Shown one piece after another: positions 34,240 through 48,486 of a DNA stretch of 64,000 bases. The position numbers were made by a program, and so were the translations under genes. The first letter of the stretch is position 1; each line of letters begins with the position of its first letter. The DNA is taken from NCBI GenBank assembly GCA_038087875.1, contig CM075977.1:263500001-263564000 (forward strand). Direction: 5' to 3'. The DNA comes from Malacoraja senta (Eukaryota). The notes under the pieces are model-generated. The model was given only the letters and a program-made list of their open reading frames with translations, had not been told where the DNA came from and made no database searches.

Positions 34240-35990
34240 TATTCCTCTTCAAGAGATTCACTTGATTCCAAATGTCTATACCTAACATATGCCTCCTTTT
34301 TGCTGACCAGAACCTCAATATCTCCTGTCATCCTGGGGTTCCTACTGCTGCCAGTCTTGCCCGTCAAAGAAACATGGCGCAGACCATGAACACTGTCGTA
34401 TTTAAAAGTCTCCCATACAGATATTGCTTTGCCTACAAACGTCCTCCGCACAATCAACTACTAAAGTTCCCTTCTAATACCATTAAAAATGGCTTTGCCT
34501 GAATTTGATACTTTTGGACCAGTCCTATTCTTTATCATTGCAATTTTAAAACTGATAGAATCATGGTCATTTTCCCAAAATAGCCATCCACGAACACTTC
34601 AGTCAACTGGCGTGCCTCATGTCCCAAGATGGGATTGGGTTTATCCCTTCTCTCGCAGCCCCATCAACATTTTGATTTAGATAAGTTTCCTGAATACATT
34701 TACAAATTCCACTCCATTCATACCCTATGCACTATGACAATCCCAGTCAAAATCCCCACTATTACAACCCTCTTATAGTGAATAGACAATAGGTGCAGGA
34801 GTAGGCCATTCGGCCCTTTGAACCAGCACCGCCATTTAATGTGATCATGGCTGATCATCCCCAAACAGTACCCCGTTCCTGCCTTCTTCCCATATCCCTT
34901 GGCTCCGCTATCTTTAAGAGCCCTATCTAGCTCTCTCTTGAAAGTATCCAGAGAACTGGCATCCACTGCCCTCTGAGGTGGAGAATTCTACAGACTCACA
35001 ACTCAGTGTGAAAAAGTGTTTTTTCATCTCCGTTCTAAATGGCTTACCCCTTATTCTTAAACTGTGGCCCCTGGTTCCGGACTCCCCCAACATCGGGAAC
35101 ATGTTTCCTGCCTCTAGCGTGTCCAAACCCTTAATAATCTTATAGGTCTCAATAAGATACCCTCTCATCCTTCTAAACTCCAGAGTATACAAGCCCAGCC
35201 GCTCCATTCTCTCAGCATATGACAGTTCCGCCATCCTGGGAATTAACCTTGTAAACCTACGCTGCACTCCCTCAATAGCAAGAATGTCCTTCCTCAAATT
35301 AGGGGACCAAAACTTCGCACAATACTCCAGGTGTGGTCTCACTAGGGGTCTGTACAACTGCAGAAGGACCTCTTTGCTCCTTTATTCAACTCCTCTTGTT
35401 ATGAAGGCCAACATGCCATTCGCTTTCTTCACTGCCAGCTGTACCTGCATGCTTACTTTCATTGACTGATGAACAAGGACACCCAGATCCTGTTGTACTT
35501 CCCCTTTTCCCAACTTGACACCATTTAGATAATATTCCCAACTTGACACCATTTAGATAATACTTTAGATCATAATTTAACTGATCCATGTAGATCTCCT
35601 GTTATTTCCATACATATTTCTTCCTGATGATTACTGAGGGCCTATAAATATAATTCCATCGAAGTGATCACCCCCTTATTTCTCAATTCCACCCATTTAG
35701 GTTCATTGGACGATCCCCAAGGATATCCTCACTAAACCATTCTGATTTTCTTTCCCAAAAATGCAACTTCCCCTCCTCTCTCACCTCCACCTATATCCCT
35801 GCTGTAGTGTTTGTTCCCCAGAATGTTGAGATGCCAGTCTAGTCTTTCCCTCAGCCATGTTTCTGTAATAGCTAGTTGTAATAGTCCCACGTAACTATCC
35901 ATGCTTGGAATCGATTAGTTACATGTTAGGCCTTCTGTATTGTAATCAACAGTTTAAACCATTAGTTTTCCCTTACTCCCTGCCTGTCAT
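34240..35990 (-). mobile_element. Old CR1 endonuclease region containing a nested younger CR1
   Basis: Decayed similarity to positions 1-700. Confidence 0.55.
34780..35562 (-). mobile_element. CR1 3' end with 28-bp tandem duplication at its 5' truncation point
   Basis: LVRPHLEYC..WSP..RRMRGYLIETYKI; TTCCCAACTTGACACCATTTAGATAATA twice at 35507-35562. Confidence 0.88.
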
Positions 35991-36710
35991 GTTTATTGAG
36001 GACAGAATAGACGGCAGCTGCTGGAATCATGAGCAAAAAACAAAGTGGAGCACCTTAATGGGTCAGGCAGCATCAATGGAGATATTGGATAGATGATGTT
36101 TTTAGTTGGGACCCTTCTTCAGACTGGTGTAGGGGATAAAAGCTGAAAAAGGGAGGTGGAGTTGGAGCAATGACTGGCATGTGATTGGTGGTTAAAGATG
36201 GGGAGGGCATATTGGCAGATGGATGGAGATGATGATAAAGGTTAGGTGCAAAGGAGACAAAAGAGTGTCAAATAATTACTCGGTTATAGCAGTCAATCGG
36301 CAATAATGAACACCATTCCCTCCCACCCCTCCCCTCATGGTCCACTACAATGGCGGTTTATTGTATTTGTGTCAACCTCCTCATCTGCCACCCTTCCAAG
36401 TTGCCACCCTTCGAAGTAATTTCTAGCAAATTTCTCTGCCTCTGAAGAGATTCCAATGATCCAATAACCTGACCCCTGCTCTCTGCTCCAGCAGCTCAGC
36501 CATATTAATCTGCCCTAATCTCCTGTTTCTACTCTCACTTACATTATTGCTATAGGCATCAGATACATTTTTATTATACTCTAACCTTTCTAAAAAATAT
36601 TATTTTCTTCACTTTTCTTTACGAATACCTCTTCTTTACCTTTATATGACCTTTCTAAAGAATGATCCCTTTTGTGTAGCTTAACTAATAAAGTTGCTTT
36701 GTTTCCTTAG

Positions 36711-36799
36711 CTAGGAGCTGAAAATGCAGATAACATTGGAGCAGTTCTAAACAGCAAGGAAGAACAAAGGGAGATTGCTGAAACAAGGGAAACTTGCAG
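36711..36799 (+). CDS. METTL14: METTL14 coding exon 2 (m6A methyltransferase non-catalytic subunit)
   Basis: ttag|..|gttagt, 89 bp; [30 protein letters not shown] matches recalled human [30 protein letters not shown]. Confidence 0.96.
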
Positions 36800-39700
36800 G
36801 TTAGTATGAAGGCATTTGTTTTCTGAATCTTTCTAGATAAAATATTTAAGAGATAACAGTTTATAGATGTTAAATTTAGATTGCCAATAACTGCAGTTCG
36901 ATCTGTACAGCCAGCAATAAACTCAATAAACTTCGTTCAGGGAACATAAAGGGCATAGAACAGCATTCTTAAGTTGACGTTCAAAAGAGATCTGACTTCT
37001 TTACATAATGCAATCTTGCATAGCTTCAGCATCATTCTTTAACAAAGATGAAAAGGGAACCATTTCTGTTTGCGGGTAGCATTCCCTGACTTAGATTTCT
37101 TCACTTGAAGCCCATATTTTTAGTGCAATTTACTTGCAAAATTGGTGAGCAAACAACTTTGAAGTTATTGGCAGAAGTTGCTCTTCAGAAATGTAAGTTA
37201 ATACATCCTTTGCAGCATGTGCATTTGCTTTTCCATAAACCCCAGGCTTGGAATCTACAACTATACAAATGAAAAATTCTGTGTTTATCTACGTCCCACA
37301 GTACAACGACGTGTTATTTTTTAAATTCAATTATCCTCATTTCAACTTTCGAAGACCAATTTGGTATGCTGTAGAATTTTTCTTTTGTATTTGGAAAGAA
37401 ACAATATGTACTTTGGAGAGAAGTGATTTTCAGTTGTACAAGTGCCTATGCTTGGATCTTATTTGTCAACAAGGTGATACTAACTTTATAAATTCATATA
37501 GTAGTCTTCAATTTCACTTTTGATTAAAAAAACAAAATTTGTAGATTAGTATCACTGAATCTCATTTTCATGTTTGCACTTGTTACTTCTGAGCAATTTT
37601 ACAAAACATGCAGATGCTGCAGAATCAGGCATTATCTGCCTTGTTTTGCATTTAAATTTGAATGTTCAACAAATATTACAACAATCCGAAGAGCAAATTC
37701 TTGTGTTTTATTGATGCTAAAGAGGCATTGTCAACTGAGGAAAGAATCTGAAGTTCACTGCAATTTTGAATAATTTATAATTTCAGTATCTGTGTAAAAA
37801 GTATATTCCAGCAAAAAATCAAGTTAAATTGAGTCATCAATTTCAAGATCCAGATCGATCAAGAAAACGCACTAATGCCCCTTGTAATATGTTGTGGTTT
37901 GAAGTACTTGTTTCTATTCCTATTTATTGAAATCTGCTTGATATTTGTACTTCAGTTATAAAATCCGAGCCAGGTATTTAAAGGATTGCTTTTGAACAGA
38001 ATTTTATTTTTACAGTGACTAACTTAGGAATTTTAATTGTTAAATCAAATATTTTTAATGGAAGAAACTGACATTTATCAAATCACTTCTGTTTATTCGT
38101 TGTGCAACTGCAGAGGTTGCAAATAGGTAACTCGAGTGTTGTACTTTCACATTCTCTGCAGCTGAGCCATTTCATTATATAAAGTGCAAGGTTTTATTTT
38201 GATCATTGACAATTGAGTAACATTGTGGTTATAATAGTTGGAGTTGATTATAATATTCTCAACTCTAGTGCTATGTGATGACACAGTAAAATTACTCTTT
38301 CTATTGCAGCAACCCAGCCTCTATTGAATTGTGCTGTGGATAGATGTGTGCAGTCGGTCATGGTTCGCTTGAACAAAATAGGGTACTTTGTTTCCTCCTG
38401 TGATTAAGAATGGTACTGCACATAATATATACAGAAGTTTATGCATCCATTTTTTTGTATTTTGCATGGTAGAACAGCCATGTCATTAGTAAGACTAACA
38501 ATTTGAGGTTGAATTATGGGGAGTTCTGTTATAATTATTTTTCACGTAACACAGAGTTGAGACTAGTCCAGCATGAAAGTGAGTCTTTAAAATCTTCATG
38601 GAAGATTTTTCTCCACAGGGCTTAAAGGCTCTATTGAACAAGTGAAAGAAAGTATTTTCCTTATTCATAGTAAAGCAGATGTACACTATTATTTGTAAAT
38701 GTACCTCTTAATCTAATGATTGATTGTGTTAAAATTTCATTAAAGAAATCTTGTTCCTACCCAGCACAGAAGGAATTGGTTTGGAAAGTAGATTGACCAA
38801 GAAAAATAACAAGCTAAACTGAGCTGATGGCCTTTAATTCTTGAAGTAACACGGTTTTGGAATATTGCTCATTTGTAGCATAGATGAGTATTTTTATAAT
38901 TGCGAACTATCTGTTTTTAGATGCATTGAGATTGAACAGAGTGAAGAAAAGGTATAGATCAAAATTGCATATATCATGAAGCTGGTAAGCACTGTTTGAT
39001 GAAAAGAGCTGATGGGAATGAGCTGCACTGAAGTAATTAACAGTTTCATAACAATGTTAGCAAATCTTGCCAAAACTAAAATAACTACTTGATTCTTTGA
39101 GTGATTATTGCCAAATACACTCCTGTTAGAGGAGTTATATTAAAAAGTCTGCTTTATTGATCTGTTTTAATCAGTACTGATTTCTCCTCTATCCTCACCC
39201 GTATAACTATACTGGAACATTTTTTGATGTTTAGCTCAGTGTTGGATTCAAATTCCCCTAGCAGATTATAGTCAAGCTATTTTAAATATTCCATTTTATA
39301 TATCCTTAGTAACTATGAAATTGTCACAGTGATGAGTTAAAAAAAAACACTTCTAAAGGCCCAATGTATGCAAACAGCCTAGTGCAATATCTTTGCATGA
39401 TAGAAGACCATTTGACATTGGTTATATTTTACAGCTGTTTTATGGATAGTTGTACACATTTCCTGTACAAACATGGATGTGGCTTGTGGCTATCATCATT
39501 GTTTTTATGCCTCAATATTAAAAAGCAAAATGTCTGATATTGGGTTTCATTGAGGCTGCAGATATGCATTAATTTGAATATTTTACTGTTGCATTGCTGA
39601 ATTGCTTTAGAATATTTCCCCAAGTTAAAAGTACAATGTGATCTGTCATCTGTGGGAAGTTTCCCAATTTTAGCTAGAAGTTGTGCATAATATCTAGTGG

Positions 39701-41706
39701 TCTAATCTTCTGCTAAATGAGAATCAATGATTGGACAAACTAAAGATATATCACATAATTGATGCATTATATTATTATGTTACATGCTGATCAAATTTAC
39801 TGAACTGCAGTTGAATCTATATGTGCAAATTGGTATAATACAATAGCTTTATACGAATAGCGTAAGGGTTTGAGAAAGTCCAGAAAATCAACATTTTATT
39901 TTCGATCTACTATTGTTTTCAGCAGAGCTATAAGCATCATTCAAAGAATTGGTCAAGTTTGTACTTGTATTTCCGTTTGTGCGTGTGAACAATCTTTGGA
40001 CCCATCGGAACTGAAGATTTTTATGTCTGGAAAAGCTGTGTGAGGAGATCAGTGAAACCAAATTTTAATACAACAGTGATTCACTTAATGATAAAATAAC
40101 ATGCTGCTTTTATAAGAAAGATCAAGTTTTGTCAAGTTGGTATTAAATTTGTATCTAAGGTAGTGCACAAAGTGAAGAGGAAAGAAGAAAGGGCATTTTC
40201 CAGGTATAGTTTAGGATAAGCAATCTTGAATAATCTTTCCTTGTTGTTCTTGATGAATTATACATAGCTGAGGTTCTACAGCTTTACAGTGGTTAACACC
40301 AGATAAGGAATGCTTTAGAAAGGTATTGAACGTCACAGGGGGTTAGAAAAATAAACTTTTACCCATTGACAATAGTTAGAACAGACAACTTGGAATGTGT
40401 AGTGTTATTAATGCTGATCTCATGTGAAATATGTTCATTTCAGTCCAAGTATTCTAATTGGCATAAAACCACAACATAAAAGCATTTTTCAGGGGTCATA
40501 GGTAGCTTTTGAGTTTGGGGTTAGGGTACAAATTGTCCAGTTAGAACATTGGTTTGTGCAAACAATAGGAAAATATAATTTTCCTAATATATATGACTTC
40601 AGAGTGTCAAAAAATTAGCATTGCCTTGAAGTAGTTTCTAAAATTTTGTTTGTTCCATTTTGAATTTTCATGAGAACTCTTGGCATTTGAAACTAATGCA
40701 TCAGGTAAAATACATTCCGCCACTTACAATTCTGGAGAGATTGCACTTTTCTAAAAATCCCTTAACATTCCATATCAATATATAACCATGAACCTATTGC
40801 ATTGAACACAGTTAAAACAGATTATCGATTTCTGATTCTTTGGTACAATTCAGTACAGTTCTGTCACCATCCGCTTTTTGTATACATAAAATGCTTAATC
40901 ACTTCATTAAAATTTTGGATTGTGATTTGTTCCCTGTTGCCCTACGTTACAGTTATTATGCATCAAAAATATGCAAAACTGCAACAAATGGGGCAATTTG
41001 GATGCAAACATCGATAAATCTTCTAAGATGAAAGTTTTAGTGAGTAAAGTCCAATTTAATCAAAACACAACGATTCTAGATGATGATGCATTTTTGTTTC
41101 CCTTTTTTTAAAGGAGCAGACTATTCTGGTGAGTACTTTTCAAAGAAAAAAATATTTCTCCAAAGTTTTGATGGAGAATGCAGCTTTAATATTGGTACAT
41201 TCCTCCTCTGGTGTTATGTGCTAAAATTACACAATCAATTTAAGAGAATTTATAGTTCGACAATCTAATCTTCTGAATTATAGCATTTAAAAAATAAAGA
41301 GTATTTGCATTTCAATCAAAATGAAACATTGTGAGACTCCAACCCATCCTGTAATTCCTTCTTACATTTGTTTCAAGTTTTCATTCCATATTAAAGCTCC
41401 ATTTGTAACCAGTAGTGTAAACTTCATAATTTATGGTCGCCAATTATTTTGCTCTGCCAGCATCTTTAATGTACAGAATGCAATAGTATTTGATGCACTT
41501 TTGGGTAAATTAATTCATGGAATGGAAGGGGTGAGAATGATAATTCATTGCAACATTTGGAGATAGCCAGAATAATTTTGGGTTGTTTGCATATTATTCC
41601 TGTAGTATATTTTGCATGTGCATGTAAGAGAAATATTCTTACATTTATGGTATTTCTTAGGAACTAATGCCTTTCTTAACACACATATTTTGTTTAATGC
41701 CTCTAG

Positions 41707-41794
41707 GGCAACTTATGACACATCAGCCTCAATTACAAAGCGCAGGCTTCCAGAAGAAGGGGAAGCCAGTGAAGAAGAATTTGAAGAATACAAA
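41707..41794 (+). CDS. METTL14: METTL14 coding exon 3
   Basis: ctag|..|gtaatt, 88 bp, phase-compatible; ATYDTSASITKRRLPEEGEASEEEFEEYK. Confidence 0.94.
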
Positions 41795-42164
41795 GTAATT
41801 ATGACATGCAATGCTTCTGGGTTTATTTATCCTTAAGATTAATATTGATATATGTGTTCCCTATTTCCTTTGTCTGGCACATCACATTTTAAGAATAATG
41901 ATTTGAATTTCGGAATAATTTCCAAAAAAATATGTAATTGGCTTGTGGTGTTCATCGCAGTGTGTTCATCACCAAGATCTGTAAATTAATATCAAGCTGA
42001 AAATAATCCCGTTTATTTGCTTTAGAATGTGTTAATGTATGAAATCAACTTCAATGTTTGTAAAATAGAATGTTTAGCAAAATGTTAGCAAAATATGCTG
42101 TTGGAAGAAAAAAAGTGAAATTACTCTAAGGGTTTGGATTAAATTTGCACAGTTTACTTTAAAT

Positions 42165-43020
42165 CAGAAAAAGACAGTGCTGGAGTAACTCGTCGTCAGG
42201 CAGCGTCTCTGGGGAACATGGTGACGTTTCGGGTCGGAACCCTTTTACAGAGCAAAAATCGCTGAGTTACTCCAGCACTGTAGGAAGGAACTGCGGGAGC
42301 TGGTTTATACCGAAGATAGACATAACATGCTGGAGTAACTCAGCGGGTCAGGCAGCATCTCTGGAGTAAAGGAATAGGTGATGTTTCAGGTAGAACCCTT
42401 CTTCAGACTGAAAGTAGAGGTGGGGGGTTGGAAGCACTATCTTTTGTAAATCAGCATCTGCAGTTCCTTGTTTCTCCATTTTACTTGAAAACAATTGATT
42501 TGAAATATGTATTTGTACCAGAGGATTTTTTCTGAGCTGTACACTGATTTAACTTGATGTTTAATTCTAAGAACAGTTTACTGGAAGCTGTCAGCCAGTC
42601 AACATTTGGTTTCGTCAGTGTAGAGGGGATCACATTGTGAGCACTGAATAAAGTACATTTGATTGGAGTAGAAACTGCATATGAATCGCTAATTCACTGG
42701 GAAAGACTGTTTAGATATCTGGATGGTGGAAAGATAAAAGATGAAAGAAATGTGATATCTGGGAAATCGTGATGGGACGGGAAAGTACCATATAACTGGG
42801 AATGTTTAAGAAAGTACCGCAGATGCTGGAAACATTGAAGGTAGACAAAAAAGCTGGAGAAATTCAGCGGGTGAGGCAGCATTTATGGAGCGAAGGAATA
42901 GGCGACGTTTTGGGTCGAGACCCTTCTTCAGACTGATGTCGGGGGGAGGGGGCGGGAAAAAGAAAGGAAGAGGCGGAGACGGGAGGCTGTGGGAGAGCTG
43001 GGGAGGGAACGGAGGGAATG
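42165..43020 (-). mobile_element. Cluster of Penelope-type terminal repeats
   Basis: Repeated TGCTGGAG.AACTCAGCGGG..GGCAGCATC..CCCTTCTTCAGACTG modules. Confidence 0.7.
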
Positions 43021-43849
43021 ATAACTGGGAATGATAGTTTGTGAGGACTTTGATAAGTTCTGATTGCAACTTCTTGATCTTTGCTTCAGAAAGTTTATTT
43101 GTCATAATTATAGTCCATTACCCACGTATCATTTTGGACATTATTTAACCTTCCTAAAATCACAATATTGTTTGTAAAGTAGGATATTAACACAAAACTT
43201 TAACTATAGCCTAAGTAATGATTTTCATAGGTATAGAATGTTATACTTGGTGTGCTTAGTTATATCATTGAGTCCATAATTATATCCTGCAAATGTATCA
43301 ACTTGTCCTGGCTCCTTTTTTTGTATACAATTCTTGTTATCTGTTATACATTCTCTTCCTTCTGAGGAAGGAAGCCGCAACATTTCAACAGCACATTCTT
43401 CACCTGCATGGAGAGCTTTGTGTGACTTTAAACTATTGAAATTTGTTGTATTTTAACTCTTAAACAGATTAATAATATTGGCCACCAGTAAGGTGTTCTC
43501 ACAAACATTAACTCTAATTTGGATCATACAAACCCTTTTTTTCTAAATATACTTTATTAGAAATTCATCCATGGTCAGTGGAACTATGCTTATTCTGTGT
43601 GCCTCTGAAATTAATACCATAAGCTGACCTGGGAAGCCCATCTCCATAACATTGACATAAAATATGCTTAAAGGGATAGGAATTTGATATTTTAAGCTAA
43701 AAATATATTAATATTTTACTATATTTTGAAAAGATGTTCTAAAATGGCTGTTCTGAATGTGCAAAATTGAATATATTCTGGACTCAAAGGAAGCTACTGT
43801 AGAATCATAGATCTATTTTAGTGTTCACAAATATTTACTCTGTTGATAG

Positions 43850-43927
43850 GATGAAGTTGTGGAAGAGGAGGAAACAGAAATGCAATACAATGAGGAAATA
43901 TACAAAGATTCCAGCACCTTTCTAAAG
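43850..43927 (+). CDS. METTL14: METTL14 coding exon 4
   Basis: atag|..|gtaaat, 78 bp; DEVVEEEETEMQYNEEIYKDSSTFLK. Confidence 0.95.
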
Positions 43928-45629
43928 GTAAATACATGATTTTAAAATATTGGACGTGACAAAAGTATACAAGCGTCGAGTCATTAAATGAGCAGGATGC
44001 ACTTTTGAACTTCTATGACAATAAGAAACCTAATGTGTTGTGATATTTACTTCAATAACATTGAAGAGCTCTTTAACTATAAAATATCAAAATGTGGACT
44101 GTGCAAGCCAACCATTTACTGTACTTCCCCAAAAAAGCTATAAAAACATGTCAATGATAAAACATCAGCATTCCATGTACATTATTATTACATGCAGCAC
44201 CTGGGGTGATCCGATCACCATAAAGATATTAAGTTCAAATATGATGTGAAATATTTATCGTAAACATGGAAATGATAGTAACGAAACATCAAGTTCAAGT
44301 GAGTTTATTGTCATGTGTCCCTGATAGGACAATGAAATTCTTGCTTTGCTTCAGCACAGCAGAACATAGTAGGCATTGACTACAAAACAGATCAGTGTGT
44401 CCATATAACATTCCTGTTGAATTGGCATTTTTCATTTTAAACAAAGTAAAAACAGGCTTATTTCATGTAGTTGCAAGCACCATGCAATAAAGTAATAAGC
44501 ATGTTGGAGCACAAAAGCAAATGCCAGGTATCACAAATTGGAGCGTTTAAAGCCTTTGGGAATTAAAGTTTAAATACCTGGTTAAATAAACATATTTATC
44601 AGGCGTTATTACCTCCAATTGAATTTGCATTTTACCTTTGAGTATAACATCCCACGATTATCCATAGGAATACAATCAGACTAAATTGGCACTTAACCAA
44701 AAGAGAAGATTTTGGGACTTACCCAAAGGTTTACTTGGATGTTTCATTTAGAAAAGAAACTTGCCATTTACATTGTTCTTCAAAACGTCCCTGTCCCAAT
44801 TGTTTTACTTTTGGGGGGCATTTTTTAATGTAATATTTGAAGATTAGCATGTTCTCACACACAGCCCTGTGTTAGCCCGGTTTCCTATTCTTCTGCCAGA
44901 AAATAGAGATTAGAGGTATTTTGAGCATCTGCAAAACCAGTCTACATCTCTGCTTAACAGCTGATCTGAAATACTGGGCCCCAACAGAGTAGCCCTCCCT
45001 CAATATTATTTTAGAGTGTTGGTTTGGTGCAGGTGCTCAAGTCTTGCCACTGGGACTTGAAATTGCAACCTTTGACAGATTAGTCAAATGATATGATAAT
45101 GAGTATGATCAGTATATGCTATGATGAAGATCTTAGGACATTGTAACTAGATATAGGTGAGTGGATGAAACCATGAAATCGAGTTTAACATAGACATTTG
45201 AAGTTTTACACTTCAGTAAGAGGAATCTAAAGCCACTAGTATTGAAATGCCCAATGATTACAGATGAACAAAGTACAGAGGGATCTATAGAGGCATAAGA
45301 GACTGGAAAATGCTGGAATCTTGAGCAAATTCACATGGTAGGAGTGTTGGTGTCAGTGAATGGAGGTGTAGGGTCAGTTATTGTATCTCCTTTGATTTTG
45401 CAAGGTTTCTACTTTCTCGTGCATGAATTGTGTGCAGAGGATTCTGGAGGCTAGATCATGGAGTATTTGAAGAGGACGTAGATATTTCTCTTCAAGATCA
45501 GGGAATTACATGCTGTGGGGAAATGGCACTGAACAATTTATGAGAATTGGGGTAGATCATCAAGACAGCGTAGACCTACATTTGCAGGAGGCATATTGTG
45601 ACCTTTCAAAATCTCACTACAATTCTGAA

Positions 45630-46935
45630 CTGAATGGATGAATGAATATGTTTATTGGCCAAGTATGTACACATACAAGGAATATGCCTTGGTGCTCTGC
45701 TCGCAAGTAACAACACATAATGACACATAAAACATTAAACATTAATAATAAAACATTATAGTTTAAACATGTGAATGAAATAAAATATCAGAGCAAAAGA
45801 AGGCTACAGACTTTTGGTTATTGAGTAGAGCTACTGCTCGTGGAAAAACGCTGTTTTTATGTCTGGCTGTGGCGGCTTTGACAGTCCGGAGTCGCCTTCC
45901 AGAGGGAAGTGCTTCAAAGAGTTTGTGGCCAAGGTGAGAGGGGTCAGAGATGATCTTACCCACTCGCTTCCTGGCCCTTGCAGTGTACAGTTCATCAATG
46001 GGGGGAATGTTGCAGCTAACAACCTTCTCAGCTGATCAGACGATTCACTGCAGCCTCCGGATGTCGTGCTTGGTGGCTGAGCCAAACCAGACCATGATGG
46101 AGAAGGTGAGAACAGACTCTACGATGGCCGTGTAGAATTCGACCATCATTGCCTGTGGCAGATTGTGCTTCCTCAGCTGCCGCAGGAAGTACATCCTCTG
46201 TTGGGCCTTTTTGACTGTGGAGTCGATGGTGGCCCCCCATTTAAGGTTCCTGGAGATGATGGTTCCCAGGAACTTAAAAGACTCCACAGATGTGACTGTG
46301 GTGTTGTTAATGGTGAGTGGGGGGAGGGGAGGGGGAGCTCTCCTAATGTCTACAATCAGTTCCACTGTCTTAAGAGCATTGAGCACCAGGTTGTTACGAA
46401 GGCACCAGGGCGCCAGTTGTGTCACTTCCTGTCTGCAGGCAGATTCCTCCACATCCTGGATCAGTTCAATCAGGGTTGTGTCGTCCGCAAACTTGAGAAG
46501 CTTGACAGAGGTGTCTGTGGAGGTGCAGTCGTTGGTGTAGAGAGAGTAGAGTAGAGGAGAGAGTATGCAGCCTTGTGGTTCTCCTATGCTGAGTGTCTGT
46601 GGGTCCAAGATGTGGTTTCCCATCCTAACACGCTGCTTCCTGTCTGTCAGGAAGTTGGTGATCCACTGACAAAGGGGTTCTGACACAGTCAACTGGGAGA
46701 GTTTGGAGTGTGGTAGCTCTGGCACAATGGTGTTGAATGCAGAGCTAAAATCAACAAACAAAATCCTTGCATAGGTCCCCTGGATCTTACCCACTCGCTT
46801 CCTGGCCCTTGCAGTGTACAGTTCATCAATGGGGGGAAGGTTGCTGGAGGATGAAGTGCAGGCCTAGGTTGACTGCGTCATCCACTGATCTGCAAGCTGC
46901 AGAGGGTCCAGCAGAGGGTTTGTGATATTTTTGAT
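45630..46935 (-). mobile_element. Rex1/Babar-type LINE RT, 5'-truncated
   Basis: FVDFSSAFNTI, PQGCILSPLLYSLYTND, KFADDTT, KKAQQRMYFLRQL; (ATTC)n tail. Confidence 0.9.
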
Positions 46936-46954
46936 AACTGAACTGCTCTTTTCA

Positions 46955-47195
46955 TTGTCCATGTTATCCCACTTTCGCATCCTACACACGAGGGGCAATT
47001 TACAGAAGCCAGTTAAACAACAAACCCGCACGTCTTTGGGATGTGGGAGGAAAAACCTATAAACCCACACGTTTGTAGGATGTGAGAGGAAACCGGAGCA
47101 GCCGGAGGAACCCATGGGGTCACAGGGAGAACGAGCAAACTCCACGTAGATAGCACCCGAGGTCAGGATCGAAACTGGTGCTGAGTAGCACTACC
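46955..47195 (-). mobile_element. HE1/V-SINE-like tRNA SINE
   Basis: B box and central domain as in 4937-5243, with an internal duplication. Confidence 0.75.
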
Positions 47196-48486
47196 ATTTA
47201 TGTACAAATTCAGTATAAACAAAACAATGAACTTTATTATGAACTGCATGGAATATATTAAAATTTGTTTTGAGAATTAAAATTTCAAAATGAATTTTGC
47301 GAAATTGGACAATGGATTATTTAAGTATATCAACATGAAGATGAACATGAGTATAGGTAGGTGATTCACCCCCTAGGACTGTTCCACCGTTCACCAAGAT
47401 CTTAGTTAATCTACCATTTTAGTGGTACTCTGCCTGACCCACTGAGTTACTTCAGCACTTTGTCTATTTTTGGTATAAACCAGCATCTGCTGTTTTTTGT
47501 TTTACGATTTTCGTGCCCTATTTTCACAGAAGAATTCTTCAAATATCTAGAAATCGATCAATCTATAGTTTTGAATCCACTTGAAGTATTAATGGAATCA
47601 GATCTGGCTGAAACATTTATGGGTGCATTTTTGATTACATATCAAGTATAAATAACTGCACCATGTTCTGTACATCAATTCAAAACAAATGAGAATAAAT
47701 TTGACTACAACGTCTGAGAATACAAATAGACCTTGAAGTTTTGCACTTTGTTCAGATTTTGTTAAGGTGAAGTATTTGAAAAGCAATGTTGTCTCCAGGT
47801 GAGGTAGTGACATTAGTTCCTGCCTGCAGACATTATCAATTAAAGTTAACGTTACTGGATTACTGCCTATTGATCCCATCAATCTGAGCAGCGATTTCAA
47901 AATAACCGTACAACAGAGACTTGCTCAAGAAATTTATGTGAAGTGGCAACATTCTTCAATTATTTCAATTAATGTTAGTTAAGGCAGGCTCTGCATTATC
48001 GTCATCTAGGGCTGTAAGATTACATATAAATTGGTTCAGCTGCAAACAATTATTTGATTGGTGAGCCTCCAGAGATTGATAGATTACACAGTACATATGG
48101 AGTCTTTTCATTGGCAGCATTCATAGAAATCTCTTTTACTGTACCTATTTGTCTTGGATTTTTTTCCGTATTGTCTTTTGGACAAGATGTTAAACAGTGG
48201 CCTTCTAATAACATTATTTTGTAGTTAAAAATGCAGATAATCCCATGGCAACCTAGACAGCAAAAAGCAGGATTAAAAACTAGCTGTTGTTGCATTGCTG
48301 TTTGTGGCTGCCTCCTGTTCTTAATTACAGCATTCCCTACATTACATACAAAGCCATTTCAAATGCATTAGGTTCATTGAGACAGTTTGGGCCATACTAG
48401 GCCATAAAAAGGATTTTTTTTTAGTTGTTCATTCAATAAGACTTTTATAGTCTCTTCAGTTTTAACATGATATTGGTTCGTGACTG

